From Chiloscyllium plagiosum (lineage: Eukaryota), in NCBI RefSeq assembly GCF_004010195.1, contig NC_057759.1, forward strand, positions 3,392,057 through 3,456,056: a stretch of 64,000 bases of DNA, read 5' to 3'. How positions within the stretch are numbered: position 1 is the first letter of the stretch; each line of letters opens with the position of its first letter. The notes under the pieces are model-generated. The model had not been told where the DNA came from. It saw only the letters and a program-made list of their open reading frames with translations, and made no database searches. Below, one piece after another: positions 39,883 through 52,118 of the stretch. The translations under genes and the position numbers were made by a program.

Positions 39883-40065
39883 CAAAGTTTGTGAGAAGAT
39901 TTGTAGCTCGGGTGCTCGTTGTTGTGGTTCTGTTCGCCGAGCTGGGAATTTGTGTTCACAGAACACAGAAGCGCTTCACAGGAGGCTCCCAAGCACTGAG
40001 GATGTCACCTAGACAGGGGACGAAACGTCTGCAACACAAATTCCCAGTTCGGCGAACAGAACCAC
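39883..40065. mobile_element. Palindromic PLE family C mini-element
   Basis: Inverted arms gttgtggttctgttcgccgagctgggaatttgtgtt; TSD aacatatca(t/c)ttcagtt (39866-39882 / 40066-40082). Confidence 0.88.
39993..40032 (+). ncRNA. Minimal type-I hammerhead ribozyme motif (family C)
   Basis: gca-CTGAGGA-T-GTCACC(tagaca)GGGGAC-GAAA-CG-TC-tgc. Confidence 0.8.
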
Positions 40066-40409
40066 AACATATCACTTCAGTTGCATGACACTGTAATCTT
40101 CAGCTATAAATTGTGTCTTAAGATCCTGTTTCACAGCTACCTGATGAAGGAGCAGCGCTGTGTAAGCTCGTACTTCCGAATGAACCTCTTGGACTATAAT
40201 CTGGTATTGTGTAATTTTTAACTTAAGAGTATTACATTCAGTTGTGTCGACACATTACAGGAAAGATGTGGAGAATTTAGAGAAGGTGCAGAAGAGGTTT
40301 GCCAGAATGTTGTCCAAATTGAGGGAATGAACTATAAAGAGAAGCTAGAAACACCCAGGTAGTTTTCTTCTGAGCAGCAGAGAACGAGGGGAGACATAAT
40401 GGAAGTCTA

Positions 40410-40860
40410 GAAAGTTTTGAGAAGATTTGTAGCTCAGGTTGAGGTTCTGGATCTAGCTTTGCTCATTGAACTGGAAGGTTCTATTTCAAACGTTTTGTCA
40501 CCATACTAGGTAACATTATCAGTGAGCCTCCGGATGAAGCCCTGGTGGTATGGCCCGCTTTTTATTTGAGTCCACTACATTGGACAAACAGGCAGAAAAC
40601 TAGCCACCAGGATACATGTACATCAACTAGCCACAAAATGACACGACCCACTCTCACTAGTATCCTTATATACAGATGAGGAAGGACACCACTTTGACTG
40701 CGACAACACATCCATCCTAGGACAAGCCAAATAGGGACATGAACGAGAATTCCCAGAAGCATAGCATTCCAACTGGAACTCCGCCAACAAATACATTGAC
40801 TTGGATTCGATTTACCACCCCCTGAGAAAAAGAACAGGAAATTACATCACCACAGGAAGC
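40410..40860 (-). mobile_element. PLE family D remnant: inverted pLTR plus GIY-YIG fragment
   Basis: Plus-strand HYIGQTGRKLATRIHVHQ (40570-40625) preceded by a reverse-oriented pLTR with a decayed hammerhead. Confidence 0.8.
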
Positions 40861-41584
40861 TATAGAAACGTGACTCGGGAATGGACAGGGATGACAGTTT
40901 AATGTTCCAGGATACAAATGCTATAGGAAGGACAGAAAAGGAGGCAAGAGAGAAGGGGGAGTGGCGTTTTTGATAAGGGATAGCATTACAGCTGGAATTA
41001 GGGCGGATATTCCCGGAAGTACATCCAGGGAAGTTATTTGGGTGGAACTGAGAAATAAGAAAGGGATGATCACCTTATTGGGATTGCATTAAAGACCCCC
41101 TAATAGTCAGAGGGAAGTTGAGAAACAGATTTGTAAGGAGATCTCAGTTATCTCCTTATCTCAGTAACAATAATAGGGTGGTTATGGTAGGGGATTTTAA
41201 CTTTACAAACATTGAATGGGACTGCCATAGTGTTATGGGTTTAGATGGAGAGGAATTTGTTAAGTGTGCACAAAAACATATTCTGATTCAGTATGTGGAT
41301 ATACCTGCTACAGAAGGTGCAAAACGTGACCTACTCTTGGGACAGGAGGCAGGGCAGGTGACTGGGGCGTCAATAGGGTAGGACTTTGGGGCCAGTGACC
41401 ATACCTCTATTAGTTATAAAATAGTGATGGCAAAGGATAGACGAGATCTAAAAGTTGAAATTCTAAATTGGAGGAAGGCCAATTTTGACGGTATTAGGCA
41501 AGAACTTTCAAAAGCTGATTGGGGGCAAATGTTTGCAGGTAAAGGGCTGGCTGGAAAATGGGAAGCCTTCAGAAATAAAGAACA

Positions 41585-42310
41585 GGAGTCCAACCATAAC
41601 AAGGACAGAACCCCCCTGGTCCTCACTTTCCACCCTACCAACCTTCGCATTAACTATGTCATCCGCCGATATTTCCACCACCTCCAAGCGGTCCCCACCA
41701 CCAGAGATATATTTCCCTCCCCATCCCTTTCCACTTCCGCAAAGACTGTTCCCTCCGTGACTACCTGGTCAGCTCCACGCCCACCCCCCCAACAACCCAC
41801 CCTCCTGACCTGGCACCTTCCCCTTCTACCGCAGGAATTGCAAAACCTGCGCCCACACCTCCTCCCTCACCAACATCCAAGGCCCCAAAGGAGCCTTCCA
41901 CATCCAAAGTTTCACCTGCATATCCACCAATATCATTTATTGTATCCGTTGCTCCCGATGCAGTCTCCTCTACATTGGGGAGACTGGACGCCTCCTTGCT
42001 GCACACTTCAGGGAACATCTTCGGGATACCCGCACCAATCAACCCCAACCCCCCATGGCCCAACGTTTCAATACCCCCTCCCACTCTGCCGAGGGCATGC
42101 AGGTCCTGAGCCTCCTCCACCGCCGCTCTCTCACTACCCGACGCCTAGAGGAAGAACACCTCATCTTCCGCCTTGGAATACTTCAACCCCACTTTTGCCC
42201 GAAACATCAATTTTCCTGCTTCTCAGATGCTGCCTGACCTGCTGTGCTTTTCCAGCACCACTCTGATCTAAACTCTGGTTTCCCGCATCTGCAGTCCTCA
42301 CTTTTGCCTA
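41585..42310 (+). mobile_element. Penelope-like element 3' fragment
   Basis: RTPLVLTFHP, GIY-YIG YIGETGR, RRLEEEHLIFRLG, pLTR tail. Confidence 0.9.
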
Positions 42311-42483
42311 CAGAAATGGCCTAATTTTAAAAAATTCTTTACCCTTACATTATTAATACACAATACATATACATTTCAGTGACCCTAAGCATGAAAACAT
42401 TCACGATGACAGTCCACGTTTTCCTGCTATGAAACGTTTCCATCTTTTGTCATCAAAGTTATGACAACACCTTGGCAATTAGG

Positions 42484-42817
42484 TTTAGATTAGATTACAT
42501 TAGATTACATTACTTTACAGTGTGGAAACAGGCCCTTCGGCCCAACAAGTCCACACCGACCCACCGAAGCGTAACCCACCCATACCCCTACATTTACCCC
42601 TTACCTAACACTATGGGCAATTTAGCATGGCCAATTCACCTGACCTGCACATCTTTGGACTGTGGGAGGAAACCGGAGCACCCGGAGGACACCAACGCAG
42701 ACACGGGGAGAACGTGCAAACTCGACACAGTCAGTCGCTTGAGGCGGGAATTGAACCCGCCCGGGTCTCTGGCGCTGCGAGGCAGCAGTGCTAACCACTG
42801 TGCCACCGTGCCGCCCA
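42484..42817 (-). mobile_element. HE1-type V-SINE
   Basis: Full-length family consensus. Confidence 0.95.
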
Positions 42818-43334
42818 CGAGGTTCTCTTGTCCTGCCATGTATGTAATTTGCAAAATTAAATGGCTGAGATAATAAGCTTCATCTAAACAGTTTGTAATT
42901 TTTGTTCTTAAATTTCTCTAAAAACAACAAACCCAAGGTCTCCTTCTCAAAAATGAAGTATTTCTGTTGATGAGTCTTCAGTTTTCTGTAAAGATACCCA
43001 ACAGGCCTCAACCTGTTTGGTCTAGTGGCTCGGTGTCTCTGCCTCAAAATTACTCTTCAAAGACAAAATAAACCTCTTAAAGCCACAGTCTGATCACACA
43101 GTCTCCATCTCTCACTTCCTGCATTATGAATATGAAAATTCATTTATCGACCTGTACCTGTCCATTCTTGTCACATGAACATGTAAGTGTTGTCATTAAG
43201 GTGTCCCCATAAGTTATTGCAATTCAAGCATGTGACTGTTGTTTTAAATCTATTCTCTCAGTTTCTGCTGTGCGAATGTGAGTTTAGTTATCAATCTGTA
43301 TCTGTCAGTTTGTGCTAGGTGTAAAAGTGTGAGT

Positions 43335-44671
43335 CTGGATCAGTGGTGCTGAAAGAGCACAGCAATTCAGGCAGCATCCGACGAGCAGCAAAATCGACGT
43401 TTCAGGCAAAAGCCCTTCATCAGGAATAAAGGCAGAGAGCCTGAAGCGTGGAGAGATAAGCTAGGGGAGGGTGGGGGTGGGAGAGAGTAGCATAGAGTAC
43501 AATGGGTGAGTGGGGGAGGAGATGAAGGTGATAGATCAGGGAGGAGAGGGTGGAGTGGATAGGTGGAAAAGGAGCTAGGCAGCTCGGAGAAGTCCGGACA
43601 AGTCAAGGGGACTGGAAGTTTGAAACTAGGATGAGGTGGGGGAAGGGGAAATGAGGAAGCTGTTGAAGTCCACATTGATGCCCTGGGGTTGAAGTGTTCT
43701 GAGGCGAAAGATGAGGCGCTCTTCCTCCAGGCGTCTGGTGATGAGGGAGCGACGGTGAAGGAGGCCCAGGACCTCCATGTCCTCGGCAGAGTGGGAGGGG
43801 GAGTTGAAATGTTGGGCCACAGGGCGGTGTGGTTGATTGGTGCGGGTGTCCCGGAGATGTTCTCTAAATCACTCTGCTAGGAGGCGTCCAGTATCCCTAA
43901 TGTAGAGGAGACTGCATCGGGAACAATGGATGCAATAAATGATATTAGTGGATGTGCAGGTAAAACCTTGATGGATGTGGAAGGCTGCTTTAGGGCCTTG
44001 GATGGAGGTGATGGAGGAGGTGTGGGTGCAGGTTAACAGTTCTCTCACCACCAGACGCCTGGAGGAAGAATGCCTCATCTTCCGCCTTGGAACACTTCAA
44101 CCCCAGGGCATCAATGTGGACTTCAACAGTTTCCTCATTTCCCCTTCCCCCACCTCACCCTAGTTCCAAACTTCCAGTTCAGCACTGTTCCCATGAATTG
44201 TCCTACCTGCCTATCTTCTTTTCCAGAATTGGGAATACTGGATGGCATTTTTGCAAGAGGTAGGGTGGGAAGAGGTGTAATCCAGGTAGCTGTGGGAGTC
44301 GGTGGGTTTGTAGAAGGTGTCAGTGTCAAGTCGGTCGTCACTGATGGAGATGGAGAGGTCCAGGAAGGGGAGGGAGGTGTCAGAGATGGTCCAGGTAAAT
44401 TTAAGGTCAGTGTGGAATGTGTTGGTGAATTTGATGAATTGCTCAACCACCTCGCGGGAGCACAAGGTGACACCAATGCAGTCGTCAATGTAGCGGAGGA
44501 AGAGGTGGGGAGTGGTGCCGGTGTAATTACGGAAGATCAACTGTTCTACGTAGCCAACAAAGAGACAGGCATAGCTGGGGCCCATACGTGTGCCCATGGC
44601 TACCCCTTTGGTCTGGAGGAAGTGGGAGAATTCAAAGGAGAAATTGTTAAGGGTGAGGACCAGTTTGACCT
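43335..44671 (-). mobile_element. Penelope-like element with internal orientation switches
   Basis: RT MGTRMGPSYACLF...FLRYIDD (44211-44597), GIY-YIG and pLTR; 15-bp TSD tgtaaaagtgtgagt (43320-43334 / 44672-44686). Confidence 0.93.
43392..43427 (-). ncRNA. Minimal type-I hammerhead ribozyme motif (family A)
   Basis: attc-CTGATGA-A-GGGC(tttt)GCCT-GAAA-CG-TC-gatt. Confidence 0.78.
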
Positions 44672-45640
44672 TGTAAAAGTGTGAGTGTCAATATATGGCT
44701 GTCAGACTTTGTTCTGTGAATAGTTATCAAACTGTACCTGTCAGTTCATGTTCTGTGAAATGGGAGTGTTATCAACTAGTTCCTGTCAGTTTCTGCATCG
44801 TGAATATGGGAGTGCACTTATTAATCTTTCTAGGACAGTTACTATTGTGTAAAAGTGAGTGTGTATTTAGCAATCAGTTGTCTATCTGTCAGTTTCCGAC
44901 ATCTGAATGTAATTTTAGCTATCATAACATACCGGTCAGTTTGTTTTTATCTCTGTGAATGAGAGCGTCATCTTCAGTCTCTACCTGATAGCAGTTGAGT
45001 TTGGTTATTGATCTGTAATGCCACTTTCTGATAGGTGAACATTTGAGCACAGTTATTCATCTGGACACGATACTTTCTGATATCTGAATATGAAAGTGTA
45101 GTTGTCAACCCATTCCTGTTGGTATGTGCAATGAAAATAAGAGAGTGTGTGTCAGAACACCTGAGTTATGAATCTATCCATGGCAGTGTTCGCAAATGTG
45201 ATTGTGTGCGTGTGTCTGCCCTGTCAATATGTGTGTTGTCATTTGGCCTGTTTCTACAAAGTGAACGAGTGAACAAAGGTATTAATACATGCTTGTCAGT
45301 TTCTATTTGGCAAAGGGACGTATCTCTCTGGCAGCCACTAAAATTCTCGGTGAGGGTGTGATTCATTATGTGATACTTGTTATGAAGGTGACCTTAGGCA
45401 GATCTGTTTCAGTTTGTGAGTGCATATTTTGGACAAGAATTCAGACTTTCCAGTTTCAAAATTGTGCATACATCAATGAGCTGTGAATGCTAAATTTGTT
45501 CAAACTGGACACATGTGCATTGTGAATTGTGAGAACAAAACAAATTGATATTTTCTCAGTTGTTTGAACATCTCTCTCTCAAACTGAGCTCAATGAGTAG
45601 CTGACCCAATCTGTTCTGACTGTGGAAAGCAGTAACATAC

Positions 45641-45748
45641 CTGCTGTTTGTTTGAAGCAGCTGGTCACACTTGGCTTCGTACCGAGGGAATATTACATTG
45701 TCTTGGTCCTTCAAGTATTTGCCTGGAGAAAGACAGAAGAGAAAGCTC
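45641..45748 (-). other. Putative 108-nt coding exon, unidentified (copy A)
   Basis: tttacag| ... cag|gtatgt; one open frame SFLFCLSPGKYLKDQDNVIFPRYEAKCDQLLQTNS. Confidence 0.55.
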
Positions 45749-48700
45749 CTGTAAATCACCATCAGCCAAGTTTGACCATCTTTAACTGATCAATGCAACA
45801 TTCTGTTAATAATCATTAGAATATTTTATTTAAAGACAGGAATTCAAACAGAACAACATGTCTGATTCTGCTCTTGCTCCATGTCTGATGATTTTTCTTT
45901 TTGTTAATACAATACCAATTGAGTGAGGTCCAGAAACTAACCAATAATTGTTCATCTCCATGAATGGGACTATCCTATGCAAGTGGGTCTGTGAATAGGA
46001 GTTTATTTATTGAACTATACATGTCAATTCCTACTTTGTGAATAACAACCACACTCTCACATTCTGTCCCTCTCAGCCTTGCTTAAATTACTTCTGCATT
46101 CAAATAGCAGTGACTCACAGCGACAGATTGACAGAGAACTATAGATCCATTGAAATTACATTGCACATAAGAGGGCCATTTGGCCGATCTTGTCCATTCC
46201 AACCCAAAGACACCAAGTGGCCATTCTAATTCCATCTTCCTGCTAACAGCACATAACCCTGCAGTTGAGAGCACTGTCCATTTCTGCAATCTGAATTTAT
46301 TTCTCAATTTGTTCCTGCCAGTCTCTGTTTCATGGATATGTAAATATAGCTATCAATTTGGACCTATCAATTTTTTCTGTTTGAATACTCGAATGGAGTT
46401 ATCCATCTCTACTTGTAAATGTCAAAATACAGTTATAAATATGTTTTTGTCAGTCTCTACAATGTGAATGTGTGAGTTTATTGAGCAGCCTATCCCTGTC
46501 AGTTTCTGCTCTGTTAATCTGAGAGTGTCAGTAATAACCTGTCCCTGTCAGTTTCTGGTTTGTTGATAAATCCATTCACCTATCAACAAATACCTGTCAG
46601 TTTCAGTCAATGTGAATGTGAGAGTGCTGTTATCAATCTGTGCCTGTCAGATTCTGATATGTGAATGTGACTGTCACTTTCAGTCTCTACCTGTCAATTT
46701 TGTCACGTGAACAAGAGATTGTCAATCAATGTGTTGCTGTCAGATGCTGCAACGAGAATGTGTGACTATAGTTATCAGTCTGTCCATGTCACTTTCTGCT
46801 ATGTACATTCGTGTGTAGTTATCAATCTGTACCTATCAGTTTCTGCTCTGTATCTGTGGGTGTATTTATCAATCTATTGCTGTCTGTCTTTGCAATGTGA
46901 AAGTGAATTGATCAATCTTTCCTCATTAGTTTCTGTTCTCTGAATCAGAGTGTTTAGTTATCAATCAGTAACTTTCAGTTTTTGGCTTTGTGAATGTGTA
47001 AATGCATTTATCATTCTGCAAACTATCAGATTCGGCTTTAAAATTTTCTGAGAGTATAGTTTTGATCTGTCCCTGTCATCCACAACTGTCAGTTTTTTCT
47101 GGCTGAATGTGTGTGTGAAATTGTCAGTCTATCCCTGACCAATTCTACTGTTTGAATATGAGAAATTCGGAAGCAATTCTTTCTGTCAGTCTCTGCAATG
47201 TGAATATGTGAGTGTATTTATCAATATTTTCCTGTCTTGGTGAGACAGTGTTGTGATCAATATATTCTGCCCTGTGAATATTTGAGTTTCTTTACTAAAT
47301 TATATGTCAGGAAATTTTCTCTCCATATACGGAGGTTTAGCAGTCAGTTTCATCAATGTGAATATGTGAGCACAGGTTTGAATCTATGCCTATCTGTTTC
47401 TGCCAAGTCAATACGAGAGTGCAGTTTTCAATCTCTACCTGTCAGATACAGTGTGAAATCAAGTGTACTTATCAAACTGTATCTGAGAGTTTATGTTAAG
47501 TGAAAGTGGAAGTGTTGTTATCAAATTGTACCTGTGATTTTCTGTTACGTGACAAGAAGAGTGTAATTACCAATCTGTCCCTGTCAGTGTCTCCTCCATA
47601 TATCCAAGGAAGTAATTAAATTATACCTGCCAGTTTTTGCTATGTGAATGAGAGTGTACATCTCAACCAATATCTGGCAGTATGAGCTATGAGAATGAGA
47701 GTGTTGCTGTCAGTCTGTACCTTTCAGTTTCTGTTATTTCAACACGTGAATTTAGTTATCAATCTGTACCAGTCAGTTTCTGCTTGGTGAATATGTGAGT
47801 ATATTTATCAATCATTTCTTGTCAGTATCTGTGTTGTGAATATGTGAATGAGGTTATCAATTTGTAATTCTGTCAGTTTCCGACACGTGCATATAGAAAT
47901 ACATCTGTCACATTCTGTTCTATGAATATGGTACAGTTATTAATCTGTCTTTGCTTTGTGAACATCCAAATATAGTCATCAAAATGGACATGACAGTTTC
48001 CACTATGCAAATGTGCATGTGTATTTCCCAACCTATCCCTGTGAGCTTCTGCTGTCTGTCTATGAGAGTGTTGATACGAACATGTAGCTGTAATGTCTGA
48101 ATGCCTTTATCAAAATGTATGTCAGTTTCTGTAACGTGAATGTTTGTGTCCAGTTATCAATTTATGACTGTAACTTTCTGCTCTGTGAACATGTGGTTAT
48201 CATCTGTGCCTGTGAGTTTCTGCTACACGAATGAATGAGGGTAGTTGCAATGTGTTCCTGTCAGTTTGTACTGTGAATGTGTCAGTGTAGTTATCAGTCT
48301 GCATCTGTCAATTTCTGTTAGATCAATGAGAGAGTGTAGTTCCCAATATGTACCTGTGAGATTCTGCTCTGTTATTTTTGAGTATCATTATAAACTGTAC
48401 ATGACATGTGTTTTTCCCTCTGTGAACTTAAAAGTATAGTAATAAATCTTGACCTGTTAGGTTATGCTATGGGAAAGTTCTTGTCAGTTTCCGCTATGTG
48501 AATGCAGTTATCCATCTGTGCCTGTCTGTTTCAGCCATCTGAATGTATGAGTGCAAGTATCAATCTGTGTGTCTCAGTTTCTGCTACGTCAATAAGCAAG
48601 TTTAGTTTTTGATCTGTACCTGTCAGATTCAGATATGTGAATGTATGAATGCAGTTATTAATATATCCCTGAATGTTTCTGCTTATAAAAATGCAAATAT

Positions 48701-48861
48701 ATTCACTAAATCATACCTGTCATTTTCTGCAATATCAATGTGAAAATGTAGTTATCAATCTGTAACTATCAGTTTCTGTTCTGTGAACATATGAGTGTTG
48801 TAATCAATCTGTACCAGTCAGTTTCTACAATGTGAATATTCTTGTATAATGCGGCACATTA

Positions 48862-49197
48862 TACGGCACAGTGGCTCAGTGGTTGGCTCTGTTGCCTCAC
48901 AGCGCCAGGGACCTGGATTTGATTCCAGCCTCGGGTGACTATCTGCGTGGAGTTTGCACATTCTCCCCGTGTCTGTGTGGGTTTCCTCTGGGTGCCCCGG
49001 TTTCCTCCCACAGTCCAAAGGTGAATTGACCATGCTAAATTGTCCATAGTGTTCAAGGATGTGTGGGTTAAGTGCATTAGTCAGGGGTAAATGTAGAGTG
49101 ATAAGGGAATGGCTCTGGTTGAGATAATCTTAAGAGGGTCGGTGTGGACTTGCCAGGCTGAAGGTCCTGTTTCAAAACTGTATGGATTCTAATTCTA
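48862..49197 (+). mobile_element. HE1-type V-SINE inside the 49-bp satellite
   Basis: Head, V-domain, tail. Confidence 0.9.
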
Positions 49198-49936
49198 ACT
49201 AAAAGACTACCCCTGAAAGTTTCTGCTAGATGAATTATTAATAACTAATCAATTTATATTTAATCTCTCCCAATCAGTTTCTGATTTACTAATGTATGAA
49301 TGCATTGATCAATCTGAATCTGCCATTCTTTGTAATATGAATATCTGAGTACAGTTACTGTTCTACATCTGGAGACATAGGAGTGGAGGCTAGGAAACTT
49401 GGGGAAATAAATATTGACATCGTGAAAACAGTCCACATGCCAAAAGAGGAAGTACTAGAGACGTTAAAAAAACATAAAGGTGTCTCAAACTCTTGGACCT
49501 GATCAAGAATATCCCATGATGTTTTAGGAAGCATTTGAATAAATGATATTGTTTTCTCATATTGATATTGTGCGCTCAGTAATGATTCACTACTTGTCAC
49601 ATATGGCTGCTGAAATTATGTAAACGCTTGATGTCATTGTTTATCTGGGTTGTGACATTTAAAATGCCCTTTTAAAATGTAAACTGGATTTAGTACACCA
49701 ATTGCCTACTTTAGACAACCAGTCGGCCTCAAAAATGCTCTGAATGGTAGTGGCCAGTTTCAATCATATTAATTGAAACTGGGAAGATGTCTATGGAGAA
49801 TGCAGAGAAAAAAAGAAATTTGTCTTTCCGCAGTTTGTTTGGATATATCTCTGGAAATTGAGCTCAAACTAAGTCTCATTCAATCTGCTCTGTGCCTGTG
49901 GAAAGGATGTTCTCTGTTTTGACAGTGGTAACATAC

Positions 49937-50044
49937 CTGCTGTTTGTTAGAAGCAGCTGGTCACACTTGGCTTTGAACTGAGGAAATATGACATTGCCTT
50001 CATCATTCAAATATTTCCTTGGAGGAACACAGAAGATTTTTCAC
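49937..50044 (-). other. Putative 108-nt exon paralog (copy B, in-frame TGA)
   Basis: Same splice sites; *KIFCVPPRKYLNDEGNVIFPQFKAKCDQLLLTNS. Confidence 0.5.
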
Positions 50045-50539
50045 CTGTAAAGCAATATAAGCTACGTTAGGCAAGATTAAACTGATCAGTGTGGCAATCA
50101 GTTAATAATCATTTGGGTATTTTTAAACCTAGCAATTCAAACAGAACCAGGTTTCAATTCCACTCTTTCCCTGAGTTGCTCCATGTCTCCTTTTCTTTTA
50201 TTTGCAACTTTGTGATGATTGGGCGAGATCCAGAACTAACATCTGCACACATCCATGAATGGGAATTCCTGAAGCAGCTGCAATGCTGACATACATCAAT
50301 AGCAAGATGCCAATACACTAAATGTTGAAGGAAAGAACAAGGGACGCTATGCCTAATGTTTTACTCGAAACTTCAAGTCTGTTCACTTTAATACGTGTCC
50401 TTTAATAAGATTGTCACAAAATTATGGTCTGTACTTCCATTCTTCACTGCCCAGTATCAACAAACAGCATGAAACAGAAGCTAAACATTTAATTCCCTCA
50501 GTGTGTAGGGGATTAAAAATCACAAGAATGTTCCACAGC

Positions 50540-50945
50540 AGCTTCTTCCCGCTCTGCCTCCCTCAGCAGGCCCACACACAGCCCGAGAAAGGCCTCTCTC
50601 TTCCCCCCAGCCCGCTCACTCCAAGTTCCGGGACCAGTTCCTGCTCCGCTCGGCCTCTTACAAACAGCCCCCGGTTCTCCCTGAACTCACCCCGAATCAA
50701 TCCCGGTCTCGGAGCCCCCTCTGTGTCCCAGGCTCCCATCCCGATGTGCTGCTGGAAGGAGCCTGCTGTTCCCTCGCTTTCCTGGGCGCTGATCTCTCCA
50801 TTGCGGTCTGTTTCAAACAAACCTCTTGCACTCACTGAGTAAATGCTCCTCAATGGCAGCGCTGGGGGAGGGCCTCACGCATGCCTCTCCGTCACAAACG
50901 TTCAACTTTGGGGAAGGCGCAGTATCACGCATGCGCTGCTTCAGG
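50540..50945 (-). promoter_or_regulatory. GC-rich promoter/first-exon region with NRF1-like sites
   Basis: CACGCATGCGC (50926-50936) and CACGCATGCC (50876-50885); minus-strand GTGAGT donors at 50835 and 50690. Confidence 0.55.
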
Positions 50946-51404
50946 ATGCAACAATAAATCATTCACATGAAACCGACAGTGATTGCAGCAGTGCTAAACC
51001 CAGATCCAATATTGGGGATTAGGATCAAAGCACAAACATTACTTCCAAAAGAAAAGAAGAGACTAAATAAGCTTGGATTGTTTTCTCATGAGCAGAGGAG
51101 ACTGAATGGGGGCTCATGATTTTGGTGTAAAAGGTTATGAGGTGTATGCACAGGGTGAATAAAGAGAAGCTGTTTCCCGTGTTTGAAGATCAACCACAAG
51201 TGGTGATTGGGTTAGGATATGGTAGGAGTAAGGATTCTCACTATGATGGAGTGTAAGGGGTAAAGATATAAAGGCTATTATCTCAGAGTGTAGTTATTAA
51301 TCTGTACATATCAGTCACTGGTTTATTACTGCATTTATCATACGCCACATGTCAAGCTTTTGTAGTGTATATGTGGGAATCTAGTTATCAACCTGCAACT
51401 TTCA

Positions 51405-52118
51405 TCCAACTGGTCCACTCTGACCAGATACCCTAGACTGACCAAATCTCATTTGCTAGCATTTGGCACATATCCCTTTTTATCCTTCCTGTTCATTTAC
51501 CCATCCAGGTTACTTTTAAATGTTGTAATTGTTCCCGACCTTCATCAATTCCTCTGGAAGCTCATTCCATATGGACATCACCCCCTGCATGAAAGTTGTC
51601 CCTAAGGTAATTTTAAATCTTTGCCCTCTCACCTTAAACCTATGCCCTCTATGCTCCCCCAATCGAGGAGAAAAATCTTGACTTTTCATTTTATCGATGC
51701 CCCTCATGATTTTATAAGCAGCTGTAAAAATCACCCTCAGCTTCCGATCCTCCACAGAAGAAAAAGCCCCGCCTATTCAGCCTCTCCTGATAGTTCAAAC
51801 CCTCTAGTCCTGGTAACATCTCTGTCAATATTGTTTGCACCCTCTTAAGATTAACAACATTTTTCCTATAGCCGCGTGACGAGAATTGTATGCAGTCCGC
51901 TAAAAGTGCCCTAACCAATGTCCTGTGCAGCCCTAACATGATATCCCAGCTCCTAAACTCAAAATGCTTACAGGCAAGCATGCCAAATTCCTTATTTCCA
52001 CAATCTGTTATACCTGCCACTCCACTTTCAAGCAGCTATTCATATGCACCTGTAGGTCTTATTGTTTGGCAACACTCGCCAGGGTCCTACCATTAACTGT
52101 GTAAGTCCTGCCCTATTT
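51405..52118 (-). mobile_element. CR1 3' fragment
   Basis: LHRTLVRALLADCIQF...EMLPGLEGLNYQERL. Confidence 0.88.

Larger units (their letters stand above)
39210..40222 (+). mobile_element. PLE family B 3' end (GIY-YIG C-terminus, CA-rich tract, pLTR)
   Basis: KFGTHEDGLNWDLG remnant; ends ggactataatctggtattgtgtaatttttaac, as at 53890 and 9288. Confidence 0.75.
38650..41580 (+). mobile_element. CR1 fragments with nested PLE-derived insertions
   Basis: CR1 RT at 38650-38900, 39115-39210 and 40225-40410; APE region at 40860-41580 (VVMVGDFNF). Confidence 0.85.
43200..49350. repeat. Old degenerate ~49-bp satellite (interrupted; outliers at about 51290-51400 and 52120-52260)
   Basis: Consensus approximately GTTATCAATCTGTACCTGTCAGTTTCTGCTATGTGAATATGAGAGTGTA; for example anchors at 47755 and 47804. 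Confidence 0.9.

Noticed and set aside
41424..42266. 280-aa ORF
   Set aside because: Chance read-through from a CR1 ORF2 fragment into an out-of-frame Penelope fragment.
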